Source of the DNA: Candidatus Borrarchaeum weybense
GTDB taxonomy: Archaea; Asgardarchaeota; Sifarchaeia; Borrarchaeales; Borrarchaeaceae
NCBI GenBank assembly: GCA_019057385.1
Contig: JAHQJS010000008.1
Span: forward strand, 96,001 to 160,000
Direction of reading: 5' to 3'
DNA length: 64,000 nucleotides
A program made the position numbers and the translations under genes. Positions 1 through 9,130 of this stretch are shown here, piece after piece; positions within the stretch are counted from its first letter, which is position 1; every line of letters begins with the position of its first letter. A model generated the notes under the pieces. The model was given only the letters and a program-made list of their open reading frames with translations, ran no database searches and was not told where the DNA came from.

Positions 1-1054
1 CTTCAATAGCCTCTGTATCGATCCAATTAATGTTTACTTTTGCATCCAAATGAGCACCAGCGTCTTGCAATGCATAGTTTATACTAACATAACTATCAAT
101 TATACTCGTATATTTTCCAGGCATAGCAATATTGATAGTACGTGTGGCGTTCTTAAAGAGATTAACCATTTCAGTCCAGTCTTCTGTGGCGGGTTTGCAA
201 TCATAGGATAACTTAAGTAAAGAGCATAGATAATTTCCCATATTTTGTTGTTCAAAATAAAGTGGAAGGTCATAAATTGGGTTGAGATCAGGATTACTTA
301 TCACTGCATTTTCAGGAACACTGCAATATAAACTAATTTTATGTTTGATCTCTTCAGATAATGATTCTCTTGCTCTTCCAACGATAATATCTGGCTGAAG
401 TCCCATTCCTTGAAGAGTGCGCACTGAGTGTTGCGTAGGCTTTGATTTTAATTGACCAACGGATTCCAAATATGGAATAAGAGTTACGTGGACTAAGCAA
501 GTATCGTGTTCTGAAAGTTCGAGGCGCAACTGGCGAATCGCCTCAAGAAATGGCATCGCCTCAATATCACCGACGGTGCCGCCAATTTCAATAAGCAATA
601 CATCGGGATTCTCCTTATTTGCGATGTTCCTAATACGAGATTTTACCTCATCTGTAATATGAGGTACGATCTGAATTGTACGACCAAGAAACTTTCCAAC
701 GCGTTCATGTACAATCACAGAAAGATAAATTTGACCACTCGTAATATTTTGCGACGGATGAAATGGATGGTCGAGGAATCGTTCGTACGTGCCTGCATCT
801 TGATCAATCTCTGCTATCCTGTAAATGAAACCGGGAGCGGGGTTGAAATCCCATACCTCATCGGTTATAAACACCTCTCCATGCTCTATAGGATTAAGTG
901 TACCTGGATCGACGTTTAAATAAGGATCAATTTTGATAACGTCAACATGAAAGCCTCGGAACTGCAATAATTTGCCGATAGCAGCGGTTGTTATGCCCTT
1001 TCCCAAACCACTCAAAACGCCACCTGTGATAAAACATAACTTAGTCATAGTCAT
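1..1054 (-). CDS. pyrG: CTP synthase, N-terminal part (runs off the window start)
   Basis: Manual translation: MTMTKLCFITGGVLSGLGKG...KIDPYLNVDPGT...HGEVF...YERFL...EIGGTVGDIE...KSKPTQHSV. Absent from the ORF track because it is truncated; start could also be 1048. Confidence 0.95.
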   Translation of the reverse strand, partial: MTMTKLCFITGGVLSGLGKGITTAAIGKLLQFRGFHVDVIKIDPYLNVDPGTLNPIEHGEVFITDEVWDFNPAPGFIYRIAEIDQDAGTYERFLDHPFHPSQNITSGQIYLSVIVHERVGKFLGRTIQIVPHITDEVKSRIRNIANKENPDVLLIEIGGTVGDIEAMPFLEAIRQLRLELSEHDTCLVHVTLIPYLESVGQLKSKPTQHSVRTLQGMGLQPDIIVGRARESLSEEIKHKISLYCSVPENAVISNPDLNPIYDLPLYFEQQNMGNYLCSLLKLSYDCKPATEDWTEMVNLFKNATRTINIAMPGKYTSIIDSYVSINYALQDAGAHLDAKVNINWIDTEAIE

Positions 1055-1306
1055 ACCACTTCAAACTGATAGAAGATTGTTAAGATGAAATATAAGCTCC
1101 ACGATTGACAACGAACTTTGACAAAGCGAAAAATGAGCTGAATTTTTTGTATCTGCTAATATTTGTTCCCAATATTTGAGGAGCATATTTAGTATTCATC
1201 TATACGAATTAAAAGCATTTCTATTTACGTGCAATCTTCAAGATTGAACTAGACCGTAAACAAAATGGATTCTCTGGGTTGACAATTTCTGAATTATGAA
1301 CCAAAT

Positions 1307-2059
1307 TCATTCTTGAGAAACCATCAAAAATGGCAGTGTGTTTTTTAGAGACTGTGATACAGGAATTGCAATAATGCCACCAATTGTCATTTGACCAATA
1401 TTGAAAGGAACTTCAACAAAGGCTGCAGGTCCGAAACCCAAGAGCCAGTATTCTGCAACAAAATAGCCTAACACCATGCAACTTCCTCCTATAAGGATAG
1501 AAAAAACAAGCCATGACACTTCTGGGCGTGTTCTGATTCCTACAACAATAATCAATGCTGCACTTATACAACCGAGGACTACCCACACAATAGGTATCGG
1601 GCTAAGTTCAAAGAACTGATAACTGCCAAGAATTCCAACTCCAATTTGCCAAGGCGTAGAATAGAATAATAATCCAATGAGGATAATAATAATTCCTACA
1701 ATTAATCCCGTAAGACTAATGAAAACTTTCCAGCGTGTATTTATTTTTTTAGGCGGTATAAGGGAGTTACTAATAAGTCCAACAACAAATCCTTCTGCGC
1801 CCTTTGTAACTAGAGTAATTGGTGCAAACACCCCGTAGCCCAATATAAGATCTGCAAGCGCAGATCCGACGCCTCCACTAAATGCACCAATAATTGGACC
1901 AAAAAGTATCGCAGAAATATAGACTGCAGAATCGCCTAGATTGAAGAAACCTTGAGTTTGAGGGATTGAAATTTGAAATACGAGAGTTATAATACACACC
2001 AATGCTGTCATAATAGCTGTAATAGCAAGCGACAGTGAAGGTGGATAACTTTGCAACAA
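1307..2059 (-). CDS. ECF transporter S-component-like membrane protein
   Basis: IPQTQGFFNLGD...GVGSALADL...APITLVTKGAEG motifs; multiple TM helices. Confidence 0.8.
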   Translation of the reverse strand: MLQSYPPSLSLAITAIMTALVCIITLVFQISIPQTQGFFNLGDSAVYISAILFGPIIGAFSGGVGSALADLILGYGVFAPITLVTKGAEGFVVGLISNSLIPPKKINTRWKVFISLTGLIVGIIIILIGLLFYSTPWQIGVGILGSYQFFELSPIPIVWVVLGCISAALIIVVGIRTRPEVSWLVFSILIGGSCMVLGYFVAEYWLLGFGPAAFVEVPFNIGQMTIGGIIAIPVSQSLKNTLPFLMVSQE

Positions 2060-2158
2060 TCTTGATTTACCTATCAGTCTTATCTCCTTCTATCTCTTTT
2101 TGCAAGTTCCCCATAAAACTCTTTAACTCTATAAGTTACATATATTCATAATTTAGCC

Positions 2159-2743
2159 TTGCTATTTATCGAAGATTTGAATATAAAGAGTGTGTTACAA
2201 ATGGAAAGTCAGATGATTGATACATTCATTAAAAGACTTCAGTTCGAATTCGAAGAAGGATCAGTACAAGTTAAAATCTTGAAAGACATCAATGGCCTTC
2301 TCGAAAGAGAGTTTAAACTTACTTCAAAAAGAGGACAAGAAAAAACCATACCGTTATGGATTGCAACTGAATTAGTCAAGCAAGGATATGCGAAATTAAA
2401 GGACAACTTCATTGAACTTTCAGAATTACATGATGTTTTGAAAAAGGAAGGAGAAACGCACGCATTACAGTCAATTGATAAAGATTTTTACCTGAAGGTT
2501 CGAGAACAACTGAGATTTCTTAAAAAAATAGATAGTCCAACGGCCAATCAGTCTTTTGAAAAAATAGAAGCACTTATAAGAGATATTCTCTCCATGCGTC
2601 TCTTTAAACTACTGAAAATTGCATCTCAAACAAGAAATTCGCGAGATTTCACTGAACATATGACAAAAGAAGAAAGAATCCTTTTTCAGGAATTAAGCTC
2701 GTTATGCATACAATGGAAAGATAATTTGTTCTATCTTGATTAA
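2159..2743 (+). CDS. GINS subunit, Gins23/Psf2-like (B-A domain order)
   Basis: N-terminal B-domain motif IPLWIATELVKQG followed by helical A-domain (LQSIDKDFY...MRLFKL...MTKEE); lies upstream of mcm; true start may be ATG 2201. Confidence 0.8.
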   Translation: MLFIEDLNIKSVLQMESQMIDTFIKRLQFEFEEGSVQVKILKDINGLLEREFKLTSKRGQEKTIPLWIATELVKQGYAKLKDNFIELSELHDVLKKEGETHALQSIDKDFYLKVREQLRFLKKIDSPTANQSFEKIEALIRDILSMRLFKLLKIASQTRNSRDFTEHMTKEERILFQELSSLCIQWKDNLFYLD

Positions 2744-3414
2744 GTATTTCTAAACTTTTCCAGTTACTTTTAGCGTTTTTAGATAGCTTTAAATATACTG
2801 TTTATCTTATAAAGAAAACTATACCATTATACCCTTGTAGATCATTTTTTAAGAATGATAAAAACGAGGCAAGTCTTATAACAATGCTTTTAGAAATTTC
2901 AAACGCTTTACAAAACGCTGCTTGAAAGGGGGAGATAGGTAGAAAGAGGTATAAATGGTTTTACCCCAACCATCACCCACTGTTGTGGACTCTTTCTTCC
3001 CTCCAGACAACCTTTAGAATAAAACAAGTCACTTCAAAGAAGAATGTCAAGCGAAAAGTGTTTCCTGAAAAATATATTATTAAAAGGGCTAAAGATATTA
3101 TCCAAAAGACGATAACCCATCTAGCGTAACTTTTATCTAAGTTTTATGATAATTTACCAGTTTTCTAATCAAATTCAGTTCAAACTCACAAATAAGCGAA
3201 TTTCAAAATTTTGAATGCATTTATATTGTTTCTTAACCATTATATGTTGTTGCATGTAACTCTCTATTTGAGTAATGCACCTTAGATCTGTTAAATCAAC
3301 AATTTAACAATTTTATGAACTCAATTACAAAGAAAAACCCGATATTATATCCAAATTTACGTCAAATACTTTGCATTTCATCCTTGAATTTACAGATTAC
3401 TTGAGTGGAAAAAA

Positions 3415-6400
3415 ATGTCAGAAACCTCCGAAGAATATGTAGAGCAATTTGAAACATTCTTTAAGGAATTTCGCGATGATGAAGGATCTTTTATATGGAG
3501 AGATCGTATTGAACGTATGCCTCTTGAAGAGCTTACATCGTTAGTAATCGATTTTAACGACGTGCGCGTATTTGATCCTGCTCTTGCTGAACTAGTTGAA
3601 GAAAATCCAGAGCAATTCATCAATTCCGCTTCGACTGCTGTAAAGAATGTAATGAAGGTTATCGATCCAGATTACTACAAAAAGGTAGATACTTTTCATG
3701 CACGCTTTCGCAATCCACCTGAACAACTAGCTCTCAGAAAAATCAGATCGGTAAATATTGGTAGATTTGTACAAGTTGAAGGAATATTAACACGCGCTTC
3801 AGAAGTTAAACCATTGCTAATAAAAGCGATGTTTATTTGTACAAAATGTGGCTATCTCTACGAAATTCCTCAGGATAAAGGATATTCCGAACCCAATGTC
3901 TGTGAAAATCCTAGTTGTAGAAAAAAGGGACCGTTCAAACTTCTGATGGAAGAGTCGACCTTTACAGATTGGCAGAAGATACGAATACAAGAAATGCCGG
4001 AAGAACTCCCGCCAGGTCAGTTACCGCGCTCTTTAGATGTTATTATAAAAGATGATCTTGTTGATGTCGCCAGACCTGGCGATCGTGTTGGAATCATTGG
4101 TATTCTTCGTTCTGTACCTGATTTTACAAAAGGCAAATTAAAAACCCCCACCTTTTCAATATACTTAGCTTCAAATTACATAGATTTATTTGAAAAAGGA
4201 CTTGGCAAAATCGAAATAAGTCCTGAAGAAGAACAAGAGATTAAAGATCTGTCACAAGATGTGTGGGTTCATCAAAAGTTGATACGTTCTATTGCCCCCT
4301 CGATTTACGGTTATGAAAATATCAAAGAAGCTATTGCACTTCTTCTTTTTGGAGGTACAAGCAAAGTTCTACCAGATGGAATGAAAATTCGAGGCGAGTC
4401 AAATATTCTTTTGGTGGGAGATCCTGGAACAGCTAAATCGCAAATACTTCAGTATGTCGCTAGAATAGCCCCCAGAGCCTTGTATACTTCTGGTAAGGGA
4501 AGTACAGCCGCTGGATTGTGCATTTCAGGTGATAGTAATGTATTTCTAACAGATGACATATTACCCATATCTCAACTAGTAGAAGATGAGTTAAAATCTG
4601 GTGAAATATCCAAATATAATGAGTCGATAGAATATAAGGAGAAATCAGGTGACTTAAAGGTATTTCATTCAAATAATCTAGAATTAAAACCCCGAGGAAT
4701 TTCAAAAGTCTGGAGAATCAAAAGTCCAGAAAAATTGATAAAGATAATTACTCGAACGGGAAGAGAATTAAAATTAACTCCTCAAACTAATCTTTTGTCA
4801 ATTAATCAAAACGGTTTATTATGGAAACCGTCAAACCTTTTTGAACCAAAAGATCGAATAGCTGTTGTGAGGACATTTCCTGTTACTTCTGAAAAAGAAA
4901 TTCCTACTATGTTTGAGTTAATTAAGGACTATCAGGGTTATCTTAGGCTTTTGAACGTTGAAAGTGAAGTTAAGGACTTGCTTGAGAAGCTAAAAAAGAA
5001 ATTCAATATGTCAATGAGTGATTTAGCCAAATTGTTTAATGTAAACGATGATACACTTTACAGATGGAAAAAGAGAGGTCGTGTTGGAAACATACCACTT
5101 CAACGTTTCATAGAATTTTGTGATTTGCTTGAGGAAGATGCGGAAACATACTTGCCTGATAAGATTCATATTGAACCCAAGAATGGCCTCAAATATGCTC
5201 TTCCTAAAAACCTGAATGAAGATTGGTTCTATATAATGGGTTTAATTGTTGGAGATGGAAGTATTTATGTCGATAAAAGTGAAAAAGGATATGGTGGAAC
5301 GGAGTTAAGATTCCATAATCGAGAACGCATTTTATTGGAAGAATTCGAACATTTCTTCAAAAATATGGGTTTTAACGTTAATAGATCAAAAGACTCTAGC
5401 GAAAGAGCCGCAACGTGTGCCATTTGGTCATCATTACTATATCATATTTTTTCAAAATTTGGTATTAGTGAATCACCAAAATCAGATAATATCTCTCCTA
5501 GCACAGAAATCATATTTTATAAAGAAGAATATCTGTATGCTTTTCTTAGAGCACTTTTTGACACTGATGGATGGATTTCGCAAAGATCAAGTGGTGGATC
5601 TTCACAAATCGGCTTTTCTTCAACTAGTAAGAATTTGGTAGAGTTTGTTAAAAATGCTCTTTCAACTCTAGGAATCGTTTCTTTCATTAGAAAAAGAAAA
5701 CCTAAAACAGTTATTATGAAATCAGGGAAGAAAATTGTAGGTAAGAAAGAAAAATATGAACTCACCATTAGTGGATATTTCGATCTCGTTGTATTCAAAA
5801 ATAATATTGGTTTCAAACATCCAAAAAAGAATTCACTGATATCGGAATATTGTAAAGTTCAGAAAGAATATCATAAGAATGTAGATAACATTCCTAATAT
5901 TTCATTCATCCTAAAAGAACTTGTAGAGTTTTATGGATACACAAGTCGAGAATTAACTGGGCGTAAGTGCTCATTTTCGCCCTATGAATTAGAAAGACGA
6001 AATATCTCTAGCAAAAGACTTTTGGATCTTCTTGAAAAAATTGAGTTAGATTGGCTCAGACATCGTATAGAGATACCATACAGCGCAAGAAACAAATTCT
6101 ATCAAGAAGTTAAGAAAATAATCTCAATAGAAAAGATTGGTAAATATGCAAAAATCTCACGCACAAAGCTTTCTGACTACTTCTTGCGAAAAGATAGAAA
6201 TGTCCGAATTCCAATTGGAGTTTTTGTTTCTCTTTTACAAAGAACTGAAAAGAAATTGAATCCCGATATTGTTGATTATTGGAAGACCGTTATAGAATCC
6301 ACCAAAAAACAACACGAAGAATATAGCAGAAAATACGAACTCTTAAAAAGTCTCTCTCGGTCAGACATTTTTTGGGATGAAGTTGCAGAAGTGACGGAAA

Positions 6401-9015
6401 TCAAAGCGCAAGAACCATATGTATATGATTTAACAATCCCTGACTCCCATAATTTCATAGCAAATGGCGTAGTTGTACATAACACAGCTGCTGTGCTGCG
6501 CGATTCAGACACTGGTGAGATGACACTTGAGGCGGGAGCTCTTGTCCTCAGCGATATGGGTGTGGCATGTATTGATGAATTCGACAAAATGAGGACCGAA
6601 GATCGTGTTGCCATACATGAAGCTATGGAACAACATAGCTATCATCCATTAATGGAGATATTTTTGGCAGATGGAGCTAGAGAATCAATAGGGGAGTTAG
6701 TTGATAATCTCTTTGCAGATAATCCTAAAAAGATTGTTCAAGGAATAAATTGCGAAATTCTAGACGCGCGGCCCTTTAACTTAGAAGTATTTACTTCAGA
6801 CTTTCTTAAGGTGGATAGAATTTGTATTGACCGTGTAAGTCGTCATCCCGCACCTGAATACTTTTTTAAAATTAAATTTGGTAATGGAAGACATGTGATA
6901 GTAACACCTGAACATCCACTTTTTGTTTTTAAGGGAGATTCTATTAGCGTAGTTTCAGCTACTGATATTCAAGTTGGAGATTTCGTGCCCGCCCCTAGAA
7001 TTATGCCATGTGGTCATAATCCTGGAGCATTGCTTAACACAGAAATTCCAATACATTTTAATGCGAAATCAATTGCTTTACCTGAACATGTAACCCCAAA
7101 AATTGCTAGACTTCTTGGATATTTTGTATCAGAGGGATATAGCTATAATGGTTCTTCTGCTGAACTTGGTTTTAGCAATACATTAGATCTAATAGTGAAG
7201 GATATCTCATCACTAATGAAGGATCTTTTTGGTTTAGAGGGAATTAACTATATCGATCGTAATCGAACACTGCGCTTTGTATCTTCCCAATTAAGAGATT
7301 TCTTCCGAGAAAACTTTCCTGAAGTTCTTAACACTTCAAAATATAAACGTATTCCATCACAGTTGTTTGTTTCTGGAGAATTAGTAGTAAAACAATTCCT
7401 TAAAGCTGCATTTCTCGGAGACGGAAGTTTAGAATCTGAGACTTTGTCCTATCGCACCTCCTCACCTAAACTTGCTCTTGACTATCAAGATCTTTTGCTA
7501 TGTGTTGGAATCCAAAGTCGAATAGTCCATGATTCTTATAACGACTCTTATAAGGTATGTATTCGTGGTAGCAGTCTCCCACTTTTCTCCCAAATGATTG
7601 CCGAGCAATGGGATCCTCGTAGGGAAAAAATTAGTATGTTGGTAAATCGATCCGCGAAATCAAATTATGATCATGATGTCTTTCCGCCTGGAATTGGAGT
7701 TAAGATAAAGAAATTGTTCAAGCGAGTTGGAATACCTTACAAAGGGACATTTTACCGTGCTATTAATGAAGATCATGGTATTACTCGGACATTGCTTCAG
7801 AAACATCTTGATGAGGCAAAAAATGCTTTTAATGAGGCTAAAACACATCTTAAAAATTTACCACTACCAATAAAGGCTACCCGGCGAATTCTTCATTGGT
7901 CCCTCGAAACTGCAGGTCGAAAAATCAACAAATCTGGCTCATTTATTGGCCACTTAGAACGAGGAGGCTGTACAGATGAAACCAAGAAGAAAGTAACTAT
8001 TCAACTTGCAGATGCAGTCGTCAATGAGTGTCAACAAATTGAAATAGAAATAAACGAAATTGAAAGAATTCTTGAAAGTGATATACGTTGCCTTCGCATA
8101 AAAAAAATCGAGAAGATAGCAAATTCAGGAAAATGGGCATGTCCTTATGTATACGATGTTACGGTAGAACCAACACATCGCTTTATTAGTCAAGGTTTAA
8201 TTCTTCATAATACTGTTAGCATAGCTAAGGCCGGAATCATTGCCACATTAAACGCGAGGACCTCAATCCTTGCGGCCGCCAACCCGTATCGCGGTAGATA
8301 TAATATTCATGCTACCCCAGCAGAAAATATTAGATTGCCAGTGACTATTCTTTCTCGATTTGATTTATTGTTTGCAATAACTGACAGGCCAGATGCGGAA
8401 CACGATAGAGAAATCGCAGAACACATTTTGAAACTCCATGAGAAGAGAGATACCGCAATTGAAGCTCCAATTGATCCGCAATTACTTAGGAAATATATTG
8501 CGTATGCTAAAAACAGAGTTTTTCCAAAACTAACATCAGATGCTGGAGATAAATTGCAGGAATTCTACTTGCGAATGAGAAAGACGGGAGAAGAAATAAA
8601 TTCTCCTGTTCCAATAACTGCTCGACAATTGGAAGCACTTGTCAGAATCTCTGAAGCAAGAGCAAAAATGGCACTCAGAGATGAAGTATCAATCGAGGAT
8701 GCAGAAGCCGCTATTCGCTTGGTGAGGTATTCATTACAGCAAGTTGGTGTAGATGAAAATGGTCGATTTGATATTGATTCAATTATGTTAGGACAAACAA
8801 AGAGCACTAGAGATAAGATTTCAGAACTACTTGATTTGATAAAATCACTAGAACAAGAAATGGATGATGCTGTTCCAATTTCAAAACTGATAAGCAGAGC
8901 AGAAGAGGCTGGCTTTGAACCTCCATTCGTTAAGCGTGCATTAGATAATTTACAGCAAAGCGGAGAAATTTACGAACCTAAAAGTGGTTTTGTTAAAAGG
9001 ATAAGTGAAGCATAA
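3415..9015 (+). CDS. mcm: MCM replicative helicase with two inteins (686 aa after splicing)
   Basis: Zn finger, Walker A GDPGTAKS, Walker B CIDEFDKM, arginine finger LSRFD, ITARQLE, C-terminal winged helix. Confidence 0.98.
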   Translation: MSETSEEYVEQFETFFKEFRDDEGSFIWRDRIERMPLEELTSLVIDFNDVRVFDPALAELVEENPEQFINSASTAVKNVMKVIDPDYYKKVDTFHARFRNPPEQLALRKIRSVNIGRFVQVEGILTRASEVKPLLIKAMFICTKCGYLYEIPQDKGYSEPNVCENPSCRKKGPFKLLMEESTFTDWQKIRIQEMPEELPPGQLPRSLDVIIKDDLVDVARPGDRVGIIGILRSVPDFTKGKLKTPTFSIYLASNYIDLFEKGLGKIEISPEEEQEIKDLSQDVWVHQKLIRSIAPSIYGYENIKEAIALLLFGGTSKVLPDGMKIRGESNILLVGDPGTAKSQILQYVARIAPRALYTSGKGSTAAGLCISGDSNVFLTDDILPISQLVEDELKSGEISKYNESIEYKEKSGDLKVFHSNNLELKPRGISKVWRIKSPEKLIKIITRTGRELKLTPQTNLLSINQNGLLWKPSNLFEPKDRIAVVRTFPVTSEKEIPTMFELIKDYQGYLRLLNVESEVKDLLEKLKKKFNMSMSDLAKLFNVNDDTLYRWKKRGRVGNIPLQRFIEFCDLLEEDAETYLPDKIHIEPKNGLKYALPKNLNEDWFYIMGLIVGDGSIYVDKSEKGYGGTELRFHNRERILLEEFEHFFKNMGFNVNRSKDSSERAATCAIWSSLLYHIFSKFGISESPKSDNISPSTEIIFYKEEYLYAFLRALFDTDGWISQRSSGGSSQIGFSSTSKNLVEFVKNALSTLGIVSFIRKRKPKTVIMKSGKKIVGKKEKYELTISGYFDLVVFKNNIGFKHPKKNSLISEYCKVQKEYHKNVDNIPNISFILKELVEFYGYTSRELTGRKCSFSPYELERRNISSKRLLDLLEKIELDWLRHRIEIPYSARNKFYQEVKKIISIEKIGKYAKISRTKLSDYFLRKDRNVRIPIGVFVSLLQRTEKKLNPDIVDYWKTVIESTKKQHEEYSRKYELLKSLSRSDIFWDEVAEVTEIKAQEPYVYDLTIPDSHNFIANGVVVHNTAAVLRDSDTGEMTLEAGALVLSDMGVACIDEFDKMRTEDRVAIHEAMEQHSYHPLMEIFLADGARESIGELVDNLFADNPKKIVQGINCEILDARPFNLEVFTSDFLKVDRICIDRVSRHPAPEYFFKIKFGNGRHVIVTPEHPLFVFKGDSISVVSATDIQVGDFVPAPRIMPCGHNPGALLNTEIPIHFNAKSIALPEHVTPKIARLLGYFVSEGYSYNGSSAELGFSNTLDLIVKDISSLMKDLFGLEGINYIDRNRTLRFVSSQLRDFFRENFPEVLNTSKYKRIPSQLFVSGELVVKQFLKAAFLGDGSLESETLSYRTSSPKLALDYQDLLLCVGIQSRIVHDSYNDSYKVCIRGSSLPLFSQMIAEQWDPRREKISMLVNRSAKSNYDHDVFPPGIGVKIKKLFKRVGIPYKGTFYRAINEDHGITRTLLQKHLDEAKNAFNEAKTHLKNLPLPIKATRRILHWSLETAGRKINKSGSFIGHLERGGCTDETKKKVTIQLADAVVNECQQIEIEINEIERILESDIRCLRIKKIEKIANSGKWACPYVYDVTVEPTHRFISQGLILHNTVSIAKAGIIATLNARTSILAAANPYRGRYNIHATPAENIRLPVTILSRFDLLFAITDRPDAEHDREIAEHILKLHEKRDTAIEAPIDPQLLRKYIAYAKNRVFPKLTSDAGDKLQEFYLRMRKTGEEINSPVPITARQLEALVRISEARAKMALRDEVSIEDAEAAIRLVRYSLQQVGVDENGRFDIDSIMLGQTKSTRDKISELLDLIKSLEQEMDDAVPISKLISRAEEAGFEPPFVKRALDNLQQSGEIYEPKSGFVKRISEA
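4519..6483 (+). mobile_element. MCM intein 1 (655 aa) with LAGLIDADG endonuclease
   Basis: STAAGL|CISGDS...VVHN|TAAV; endonuclease blocks IMGLIVGDG and LRALFDTDG. Confidence 0.95.
6637..8211 (+). mobile_element. MCM intein 2 (525 aa), Ser-1 type, with LAGLIDADG endonuclease
   Basis: EAMEQH|SYHPL...LILHN|TVSIAKAG; block B VTPEHP; LLGYFVSEG and LKAAFLGDG. Confidence 0.93.
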
Positions 9016-9130
9016 AAATCATTTCATAATTAATCAATTAATTAGTAATTAAGCAGGAAAACTATTTTACGAAAGAAAATACTCGATATTTCACAAATAA
9101 CTAACTGTTTTTTAATCGGAGGAATTTCGT

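Noticed and set aside
2900-3400. Replication origin between gins and mcm
   Set aside because: AT-rich with G/C runs, but no repeated ORB consensus and no cdc6/orc1 nearby, so not called
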